From Promethearchaeota archaeon (GTDB lineage Archaea > Asgardarchaeota > Lokiarchaeia > Sigyniarchaeales > SOKP01), in the NCBI GenBank assembly GCA_011364975.1, contig RDOE01000076.1:1-15355 (forward strand): a stretch of DNA of 15,355 bases, in the 5' to 3' direction. The notes beneath the pieces are model-generated. The model was not told the DNA's origin. It ran no database searches and saw nothing but the letters and a program-made list of their open reading frames with translations. A program made the position numbers and the translations under genes. Shown piece by piece: positions 8,133-15,355 of the stretch; the first letter of the stretch is position 1; each line of letters opens with the position of its first letter.

Positions 8133-9308
8133 TCATAAACTTAAAGGATAATTTCCGAATTCACGAGTCGCTTCAACCATCCACTTTAGATTTTGAACCT
8201 TAACATGAGGATGCATATTAGCGGCGCTAACAATAAACCCACCTCCCGAACCCGCAGTTTTAATTGCGTACTTTACTGCATTAAATACTTCTTCTTTAGT
8301 TCCATAGGTTAAATCATGAGCAACATCAATGTTTCCCATCAGACACAATTTATCTCCTACTTTTTTCTTGACTACAGCCAAGTCTACACCTGCGGTTGGT
8401 TCGAGACTTTGAAGTCCATCAAAACCACAATCAACCACAAAATCTAAAAGAGGGGTTACATGACCATCAGTATGCAATACAATTTTTTGCCCACGTTCAT
8501 GAACCGCATCCGTTATGATTCTATAGGCTGGTAATAGAACCTCATAGAATTTCTTTGGGCTCATCATCGGTCCGGTGTGATATGCCAAATCACCAGACTC
8601 AACAAAAAGTTCTGCACCTGCATCCATGTATGCATTATAACAATCAGCGGTAAACTGAGCTATGACTTCATGCACTTCTTTAATATGTTTAGGATCTTTA
8701 TGAAGCATTCTAGAATAATAAGCCATACCCATTCCTTGAGATGCGCTCTCAAATACACCTGCTAAATCATTAGTTACAGCAACAAAAATGTTATCCTTAT
8801 GCTTCTTATTTATACGTCTATAAAATTTTTTAACCATCGTAGTATATTTTTCCGTTATAGGCCCCTCTATGGCTTCTTTTGTTTCTTTCCATTTTTCAGG
8901 ACTATTAACAGTTCCGTAGAGGTAATAAGGGTTGAAGTTCCCTTTATTATTTCTCGCCTCCCACACTCTCCCGAATATGTCTCTCATAAGTTCTCTCTCA
9001 TCACCGGGATTATCGAAAAACTCCACCGGAACTATTCCAACTTGCATGCAATCTAATCCAATAGCGGAAGCTGCTTCTACACAGCGAGAAAAAATTGAAG
9101 TCTCTACACCTTCTAATAATTTGCTCATCTCTTCTGGCCAATTCTCGGGGTTATCCCTCTTTACTTGCTCTAAGGTATCAAAATCGGTTATTTTAGGTTT
9201 TCCTAAAATTTCATCAACATTATTAGCATCAATCAAAATAGTATGGCAAGGAACTCTATCTGGTTCTTCCAAATTCAGAGCTGTTAATACTCTTTCTCTA
9301 CAATTCAT
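8133..9308 (-). CDS. Uroporphyrinogen decarboxylase (URO-D)/MtaA-CmuA methyltransferase superfamily protein
   Basis: N-terminal RERVLTALNLEEPDRVP; DIFGRVW; GDLAYHTGPMMSPKKF; LHTDG; CLMGNID; GGGFIVS...NLKWMVE. Confidence 0.88.
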   Translation of the reverse strand: MNCRERVLTALNLEEPDRVPCHTILIDANNVDEILGKPKITDFDTLEQVKRDNPENWPEEMSKLLEGVETSIFSRCVEAASAIGLDCMQVGIVPVEFFDNPGDERELMRDIFGRVWEARNNKGNFNPYYLYGTVNSPEKWKETKEAIEGPITEKYTTMVKKFYRRINKKHKDNIFVAVTNDLAGVFESASQGMGMAYYSRMLHKDPKHIKEVHEVIAQFTADCYNAYMDAGAELFVESGDLAYHTGPMMSPKKFYEVLLPAYRIITDAVHERGQKIVLHTDGHVTPLLDFVVDCGFDGLQSLEPTAGVDLAVVKKKVGDKLCLMGNIDVAHDLTYGTKEEVFNAVKYAIKTAGSGGGFIVSAANMHPHVKVQNLKWMVEATREFGNYPLSL

Positions 9309-9418
9309 AATCTCTTCACATAAATGTTAAAAATAATAATAAGGTAAAAAAAAATTCAATATAATTAATTTATATTACTACATCACTACTATAAAAGAAT
9401 ATAGATTTATGGTATTGA

Positions 9419-10627
9419 TTATCGCTTTAAGAAAATGAACAAGATTTTAGGTAACAAAATGGGATTCTGTAGAAAAAATTTTAAAAGGAATTTTATAACT
9501 AAAGAACTTTTTAATAATTGTAAAATTAATTGGTTAGGAAAGTCCATATCCCCATAAAAGGAAATTTTTTGTTCGATATGATGAGTTTTTAGAATCTTAA
9601 AGAAAGTATCATAATCTTTAGAGCTAAAACGTTCTAATAACATTCTTATAAGATAATGAATTTTTAATTGACTCCCAATCAGAGACTTACAGGGTTTTTC
9701 ATAATTTTTTTTCAAATATTTTTTTGAGAAATTATTCGCTTTAAAGGATTTTCTAATTGCAATAGCTGCAATTTTAACTGCGGTTAGGAGCATAATAATT
9801 CCACCACCTGTTGTTGCTTTGACCTGACAAGCAGCATCTCCTAGGAGTAAAATATTACTAAACGCTACGTTTTTCATTAAACCATAAGGGATTATTCCCC
9901 CTTGTTGAGAAATTTTACTTTTAAAATCTATATGAATTATCCCTAAAAATTTTTTATACTTACTGAAAACGTTTTCTGAAGATGCTAATCCAATTCGGTA
10001 TCTTTTGTTTCCTTCAGGTACAATCCATCCAAAAAGCTCTTTCCAATCAGGATTGAAATACATTACTGCTTGATCTTCTTCAAATGATCCTCTAATTACG
10101 ATTTGGCTTGCATAAATCACTTTATTTTTAGATTTTAACGATTTAGCTACAGATGATAATGGTCCATCGCATCCTATTAGCATACTTGCTGTAAATTTTC
10201 GTTTTGAAGTAGTAATCCATAATTTAGTTTGATGTTGTTCTTTTAAATATGAGAAAGATTTAAACCTCTCACCTAAATAGTAAGACACATTTGAAAAACG
10301 CTCAGCTTGTTTGTAAAAGTGATTATCCAAACCTATTCGATCAATAACTAAAGGCTCCTCATCTCCTGAAAGTAAAATACTTTTTCCTGACGGAGATACT
10401 AATTTTGCTACTTTAAGTTTATTTAATATAATGCTATTTGGTATTTCTATTAACTTTTTTATTTTTCGAGAGACTATTCCTGCACACTGAAGAGGGAGAC
10501 CTATATCATAATGTTCTTCAATAACTGCGATTTTTAATCCCAAATTTGAGATAAGGTAACAAAGATAATTACCTGCTAAACTTGCACCAATAATACATAC
10601 ATCAAATTTTTCAGTATTATTATCCAT
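9419..10627 (-). CDS. Geranylgeranyl reductase-family flavoprotein (digeranylgeranylglycerophospholipid reductase-like)
   Basis: FAD-binding DVCIIGASLAG...IEEH, PLQCAG, IDR, GCDG, FGWIVP (YxWxFP-like) and LLGDAACQVKATTGGGI. Confidence 0.88.
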   Translation of the reverse strand: MDNNTEKFDVCIIGASLAGNYLCYLISNLGLKIAVIEEHYDIGLPLQCAGIVSRKIKKLIEIPNSIILNKLKVAKLVSPSGKSILLSGDEEPLVIDRIGLDNHFYKQAERFSNVSYYLGERFKSFSYLKEQHQTKLWITTSKRKFTASMLIGCDGPLSSVAKSLKSKNKVIYASQIVIRGSFEEDQAVMYFNPDWKELFGWIVPEGNKRYRIGLASSENVFSKYKKFLGIIHIDFKSKISQQGGIIPYGLMKNVAFSNILLLGDAACQVKATTGGGIIMLLTAVKIAAIAIRKSFKANNFSKKYLKKNYEKPCKSLIGSQLKIHYLIRMLLERFSSKDYDTFFKILKTHHIEQKISFYGDMDFPNQLILQLLKSSLVIKFLLKFFLQNPILLPKILFIFLKR

Positions 10628-10705
10628 TATTAAACAGTAAAAAGATGAAATATTTAGAACTTATGAATTTCATTTAAATTTAATTGTGAGGATTCTATTA
10701 ATATA

Positions 10706-11701
10706 TTAATCTTTTCTATAGCCTAAATCCATCAGCATACCATAAACGATAGCAAGTGCAATTCCTTCAAATACAGGACTGACATCCATCTTAAGATCGG
10801 TTCTTGGAAGTAAAAGAGGCATGATTTTATCGAAAACATAACTGGTTGTTGGTTTTTCATTATAATATTCTATAATCTGTTTTCTAAAAATGTTCATAAA
10901 TTCTTCATGTTCAAGTAATAACGATCTAACATTATCTTGCCCATTTATCATACCAAAATGTCCGAAACCTGCCTTAATAGGTCTAATTTTTTTCAAATTG
11001 GTTAATGTTTCCATATATTGCTGATGATTATAATAAATTGGCATAGATGTAGGCATAGTTATTAATTTTGATGAGTGATATATAGTTCCTACACTCTCTC
11101 CAAAATGAATAAAATCAATTGAATTATTTTTAATAAGTACAGGAGATTGATGATCAGGTGTATGTCCCGGAGTGTGGAAAATCTTCAAATAAATTTCTTG
11201 ATCATTAAATGTAAAAGTGTCGAGTATTTCATCCTTATAGAGATTACTATCAAAGTTTTGACATGGTTCAATAATTTGAAAAGCTTCTTCTGGAATAGGT
11301 TTCATTTCACCGGTTAAATCACCATAGGTTCGTTTTCCTCTAGCGAGATGTTGTTCAAAATTGTTAAGTAATTCTATAGTTGATTTATTAGTTAGAATTT
11401 TTATGTCAGGATTATAATCCTTGATGATCTCATAAAATTGCCAGGCACCACCGACATGGTCAAAATGATGATGGGTTGTAATAAGGTATTTAATTGAAGA
11501 TAATTGGATTTCTAACTTTTTGAAATATCTAAGGAGTTTTTTTATATCTAAAGAAGAACCACAATCTATTACCACTGAGTTATCATCAAATTCAGCTACA
11601 AAAATAGAAAGCATTCGAGAAGTACCATAAGCATTAGCATCTATGTGATAGAGATATTCATTTACCTTTTTAGTATCAACAGTGATCATTGCTTGTTGCA
11701 T
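10706..11701 (-). CDS. Metallo-beta-lactamase-fold hydrolase
   Basis: IDCG, THHHFDHVGG (HxHxDH), TPGHTPDH and GFGHFG. Confidence 0.9.
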   Translation of the reverse strand: MQQAMITVDTKKVNEYLYHIDANAYGTSRMLSIFVAEFDDNSVVIDCGSSLDIKKLLRYFKKLEIQLSSIKYLITTHHHFDHVGGAWQFYEIIKDYNPDIKILTNKSTIELLNNFEQHLARGKRTYGDLTGEMKPIPEEAFQIIEPCQNFDSNLYKDEILDTFTFNDQEIYLKIFHTPGHTPDHQSPVLIKNNSIDFIHFGESVGTIYHSSKLITMPTSMPIYYNHQQYMETLTNLKKIRPIKAGFGHFGMINGQDNVRSLLLEHEEFMNIFRKQIIEYYNEKPTTSYVFDKIMPLLLPRTDLKMDVSPVFEGIALAIVYGMLMDLGYRKD

Positions 11702-11762
11702 AAAAAATGAAATAAAAAATAGAATAATAATTATAGTATTATCAAAAGGTAAGATTTGATTT

Positions 11763-11773
11763 AAAAAAAAAAA
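11763..11773 (-). terminator. Oligo-T (T11 on - strand) terminator
   Basis: A11 on the + strand directly abuts the TAA (11774-11776) of the 747-aa gene. Confidence 0.7.
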
Positions 11774-14017
11774 TTAAAGATCTAATTTTTGTTTCCAAAA
11801 ATTAAGTTTCATTTTCAAGTCTTCCTTCTCGGGGAGACTTAGAACATAAGTTTTACTTCTTAAATTGATACTAGTATTATGCATATTCTTTAAGACACTA
11901 TTATACCCTGCTTTATTTACGTATTCACTTTGAAATTTTTCTAATGCTGTTGATATCTCTAATCCTGTAAGGGTCTCAATCCCATCCATTATTAAATTAA
12001 ATTGTTTTGATAAGATACCTTTTGCGTCTTCTGAAATGGTCTTTGGTATTACTTTTTCCTCAGAGGGAGGGACTTCTGGTTGGGGAGATGTTATGATTTT
12101 TGGTTCATGAACTGCAGGTTGTAATTTCACAGGTTCTAATTTCACGGGTTCTATTGGAGGTTGTGAAGGGATAGGTTCTTCTTTTCCAAGGGACGATTTT
12201 ATAGATTGCATAACATCTTTTCTTGAAGACATCCAAGCTTCTTCAAGTATCGGTACAAATATTTTTATGTGTTCTTCAATAATACTTCCAATTCCCGCTA
12301 TTTCCGTTATTAAATCACCTTTAATTTCCGTTGTTGATAACACACAGACGATAACTTCCTCATAATCTCTATTGATGCCCCATAAATTCTGTAAACCTCT
12401 TTGGCGATAATCAACATTAACCATTTTATCTAGTTGCTGAACGATTGCAGCATGTTGGGGATCTGAAAAGTTAATACTTGTAGCGATTCTAAAATTAATT
12501 CTAGCAGGGCGCTCCATAATTGCTTTAAGATTTATATCAGTTATTTGAGGGGTAACAATTAACACTCGCATCTTGGCTTTTGATATTTGTTCATCGATAT
12601 GAGCTTTAGCACTTTCAGGAGATCTTATAAACCAAATATCTTTCATCGTAATTGATTTTCCTGTTTTAGCTTGATCCCAGAATTCATTCGTGACTTTTTC
12701 AGATACTTCTAATTTTTTTAAAATATCACTCAAAGTATTATCTAAGGTTGCAACAATTTGATTAGAAAAAAGGTCTTTCAAATTTCCAAAAGATTCAAAA
12801 GCAGTTCCAGAAATACCATCAATTTTTTCTTCCGCCATTTTTACTGCTTTATTGAAGTTTTGAGCAAGATCTGCAAAGATTTTCTCCTTATCTTGATCTG
12901 CTTTTGAAGTTAATCCATCAATACTTTTCATAGTATTTTGCAGAGAATCCTTTAGTTTAGTAATCGTATCAGAATCTATGCCTGTTGCCATTTTTTTTAC
13001 TTCATCAGCAAAAGCTACTTGACTTACGCTTAATTGAACATTAATATTATCAGTAATATCTTTTAATTTCGAATTAATTACCTTTTCGATTACTTGATCG
13101 ACAGTTTGTTGAATTACACCTAATCTTAATTTTTGTAAATTGTCAGAAACGGTCGATTTGATATTTGTAAATTCATTTTTAAGGTCTTGAATCTGTCCTT
13201 TAATTATACTAGATGTTTTTTGATTAATATTTTCAAATTGTTTCTTTAAATCATCCATTTGGGGAGTCATTAACGATTGGGTATAACCTTCAATATTAGA
13301 GATTTCACTGGTGATACCTTTGATTTGATCCATAACTGCTAAGGTATCATCGAATTCCTTTTTCTGAGATTTAATCTGGGTTAGCATATTATCCTTTAAT
13401 TCTTTCATTAATTCAGCGGGTACTTTTGGTTTTTCCACTTTTCCTGATTCAGATTCAAGTTGTCTAAAAGATTTTTCTAGCTGAGCAGGAATGGTTGATT
13501 TTATATCAGAGATGTATTTATGAAATTTTTGAAGTTGACTTACTAAAGCGGCATATGGTGGTAAAGCCGTGTAATGCGGTTGGGCACCAACAATTTCTTT
13601 AAAAAGTCCTTTTTCAACGAACTTTTTAGCTGTTCGAGTACATTCTTCCTTAGTTTTTCCCGTTAAGATTGCCATCTCTCCAATTGAGACCGCTTCACGA
13701 CCAGTAGTTCGAAAGTATAACTCTATTTCACTATCAGACAAATCGATTTCACTTAAGACTTGTCTAGTTAGCTCTTCAGAATAATGCACTTCTTCTTTTT
13801 TAAGAATTTCCTTGACTTCAAAATTTTCAATTTCTAGATATTGGTTAAAGAACACGATTAACTTGTGCTCGGGATCACCATGAATCGATTCCTTCTTAAG
13901 AGGAAATTTTGTTAGGCCTTGATATTCGGTTTTTAAAATCTTAAAGGGTATTTTCTTTAAGCATAATTTACAGGTGTATGGAATTTCTACTTCTTGTTTA
14001 TCTTTAAATAGGTACAT
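11774..14017 (-). CDS. Giant multidomain TrmB-like protein: C2H2-type Zn domain, TrmB wHTH, long amphipathic helical insert, TrmB effector/PLD-like domain, Pro-rich linker and helical C-domain
   Basis: C16xxC19...H46GDPEH51. Residues 88-154 'LSEIDLSDSEIELY...SIGEMAILTG...KFVEKGLF..IVGAQPHYTALPP' fit the TrmB HTH pattern. Residues ~460-595 'IWFIRS...ISKAKMRVLIVTP...INRDYEEVIV...EEAW' fit the TrmB effector domain pattern. Confidence 0.78.
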   Translation of the reverse strand: MYLFKDKQEVEIPYTCKLCLKKIPFKILKTEYQGLTKFPLKKESIHGDPEHKLIVFFNQYLEIENFEVKEILKKEEVHYSEELTRQVLSEIDLSDSEIELYFRTTGREAVSIGEMAILTGKTKEECTRTAKKFVEKGLFKEIVGAQPHYTALPPYAALVSQLQKFHKYISDIKSTIPAQLEKSFRQLESESGKVEKPKVPAELMKELKDNMLTQIKSQKKEFDDTLAVMDQIKGITSEISNIEGYTQSLMTPQMDDLKKQFENINQKTSSIIKGQIQDLKNEFTNIKSTVSDNLQKLRLGVIQQTVDQVIEKVINSKLKDITDNINVQLSVSQVAFADEVKKMATGIDSDTITKLKDSLQNTMKSIDGLTSKADQDKEKIFADLAQNFNKAVKMAEEKIDGISGTAFESFGNLKDLFSNQIVATLDNTLSDILKKLEVSEKVTNEFWDQAKTGKSITMKDIWFIRSPESAKAHIDEQISKAKMRVLIVTPQITDINLKAIMERPARINFRIATSINFSDPQHAAIVQQLDKMVNVDYRQRGLQNLWGINRDYEEVIVCVLSTTEIKGDLITEIAGIGSIIEEHIKIFVPILEEAWMSSRKDVMQSIKSSLGKEEPIPSQPPIEPVKLEPVKLQPAVHEPKIITSPQPEVPPSEEKVIPKTISEDAKGILSKQFNLIMDGIETLTGLEISTALEKFQSEYVNKAGYNSVLKNMHNTSINLRSKTYVLSLPEKEDLKMKLNFWKQKLDL
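12122..12151. repeat. 15-bp tandem duplication encoding EPVKL x2 in the Pro-rich linker
   Basis: TAATTTCACAGGTTC followed by TAATTTCACGGGTTC (1 mismatch). Confidence 0.85.
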
Positions 14018-14022
14018 TTTAT

Positions 14023-14030
14023 ATCATCAC
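14023..14030 (-). promoter_or_regulatory. SD-like GTGATGAT upstream of ATG 14017
   Basis: The minus strand reads GTGATGATATAAAATG within a 31-nt intergenic gap, consistent with co-transcription with the upstream gene. Confidence 0.5.
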
Positions 14031-14048
14031 TTTAAAATTAAATTCTAA

Positions 14049-15305
14049 TTAAAAAATAACTTTTTCTGGATATGAAACTTCTAATAAGTTTAATGCTTTC
14101 TTAGCAACTTCATAGGAGATTTTACCATCTCCATCTTCACTGCGATATGCTTCTCTTATTTTGGGTAATAAATATTCTGGGAAAATAGTTAATGGTTTAA
14201 GATCTGTCAATAAACATATCCAACTTCGTTTATTTTCGTCTTTTATCTCAGTAATAATGTTTAATTTCTTCAAATTGTCAAGTAAAATCTCAGTTACTGC
14301 AAATTCAGAAAAAATCTTAGGGATTTTATCAAGAGGATAATGATTTGAGCGCATGAGAACAAAAAAGTCATAAACATCGGGATTGAGTAATATCGCAGCC
14401 AATTTTTTTGTATCTTCAACACTTTCAGCATAAGGATCATATGTAGAGAAAAAATCTATTGTTTTTTGCTTAAAGAATGGTAATAATTCATTATTTGTGT
14501 CTTTAAAGTGTTTTAGAAGATTTTCATTAGGGATCCTAGTAAACATAATATCTTTAACTAAAAATAAATATTCACCTTGATTTTTAATAACCCCCGTTTT
14601 CTTATCTTTCTCACCCTTAATCCAATCGCGACGGACAAGGTTGAGCTCCAAGAATGGGCGTATTAATATATCAATATTAGCCATTGGTTTCATTTTTTCA
14701 ACAATCTTTTTCATCTCATTCTTGGCAACAGGATTTTCCCTTAGCGTCTCTAAAATCCTTAAACGCTCATCACTGTTATAAATTAAGGCAACCTTCTGTA
14801 ATTTATCTAATTGGCTTAATCGTTCTACTTGAAAGATCGTATATTTTAATTCATTCATTAAGCGAATATTTACATTTGAGATTAAATCTAATTGTCTAGT
14901 ATTCGCAGCCTTTGTGAGTTTATCAAAAATATTGTCTAATCTTTTTGCCATATCTTTTATCAAATCTTCAAAAAGCTCGATTTCATCATCTAATTCAAAA
15001 AGAGAAAGGGTTAAATATTGAGTGCCATCCGCTAATTGTCTGAAATAAGATAAAACTTGATATGGAGTTTCTCTTAATCTTCCTGCATAAAAGTTACTAA
15101 AACCATATTTCATGCCAAAGACACCAGTAGTATGTTGATAAAACGTTGCGAAAATGTCGTTTTCTACTATTAAACCAGAATAATTAGGTTCATTAAATTC
15201 TTCATTTTGAAATATTAATTGAATGGGACTGAATTCTGGATTAATTTCACCGGTATCTTCCTTTTGATTAATTTTAAATTGAAATGTCAAAATTCCTTGA
15301 ATCAA
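14049..15305 (-). CDS. Hypothetical protein: putative longin/uDENN-like N-domain plus two tandem winged-helix repeats
   Basis: 418-aa ORF with a TTG start, GAGG 9 nt upstream (15315-15318) and an in-frame upstream TAG, so it is complete. Three short beta-like segments and a long amphipathic helix lie at ~aa 70-135, and aa ~171-270 and ~301-385 are internal duplicates. The CDS is secure; the domain calls are inference. Confidence 0.65.
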   Translation of the reverse strand: MIQGILTFQFKINQKEDTGEINPEFSPIQLIFQNEEFNEPNYSGLIVENDIFATFYQHTTGVFGMKYGFSNFYAGRLRETPYQVLSYFRQLADGTQYLTLSLFELDDEIELFEDLIKDMAKRLDNIFDKLTKAANTRQLDLISNVNIRLMNELKYTIFQVERLSQLDKLQKVALIYNSDERLRILETLRENPVAKNEMKKIVEKMKPMANIDILIRPFLELNLVRRDWIKGEKDKKTGVIKNQGEYLFLVKDIMFTRIPNENLLKHFKDTNNELLPFFKQKTIDFFSTYDPYAESVEDTKKLAAILLNPDVYDFFVLMRSNHYPLDKIPKIFSEFAVTEILLDNLKKLNIITEIKDENKRSWICLLTDLKPLTIFPEYLLPKIREAYRSEDGDGKISYEVAKKALNLLEVSYPEKVIF

Positions 15306-15355
15306 TTTGATTTGCCTCTAATACTCTTATAAGTAAATTTATTTAACTAATATAT

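Noticed and set aside
8577-9330. Plus-strand ORFs 8577-8765, 8799-9056 and 8932-9330 (also 14684-14899)
   Set aside because: They are antisense to well-supported minus-strand genes.
11774-14017. SMC/Rad50 or chemoreceptor call for the 747-aa protein
   Set aside because: There is no Walker A/B or ABC signature, no TM helices and no MCP hairpin motif. The CxxC is N-terminal, not a central Rad50 zinc hook.
1-15355. CRISPR arrays, tRNA/rRNA genes, IS elements, TrmB TGM box (TATCAC-N5-GTGATA)
   Set aside because: Intergenic gaps are short and AT-rich with no spaced repeats or GC-rich structured segments, there is no transposase, and no complete TGM motif was seen by eye.

Overview
AT-rich, gene-dense archaeal window with 11 convincing CDSs, oligo-T terminators right after stop codons and GGTGA/GTGAT/GAGG-type ribosome-binding sites. 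The gene content suggests an Asgard archaeon, probably Lokiarchaeia-like; this is an inference, and no marker gene is present. In order, the genes encode: an HTH plus Cys-rich 2x[4Fe-4S] protein (+), a solo HerA/DUF87 ATPase with a coiled-coil tail (+), an M42 aminopeptidase (+), an OFA-family MFS transporter (-), a membrane-bound alpha/beta hydrolase (+), a 3-TM hypothetical protein (+), a UroD/MtaA-family protein (-), a geranylgeranyl reductase (-), an MBL-fold hydrolase (-), and a two-gene unit at the right end (-). That unit is the most unusual element. It pairs a 418-aa protein (putative longin-like N-domain plus two internally duplicated winged-helix domains) with a 747-aa TrmB-derived protein (C2H2 Zn domain, TrmB wHTH, ~300-aa amphipathic helical insert, PLD-like effector domain, Pro-rich linker, helical C-domain). 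Two pairs of repeated palindromes are candidate operators. No RNA genes, CRISPR arrays or mobile elements were seen.
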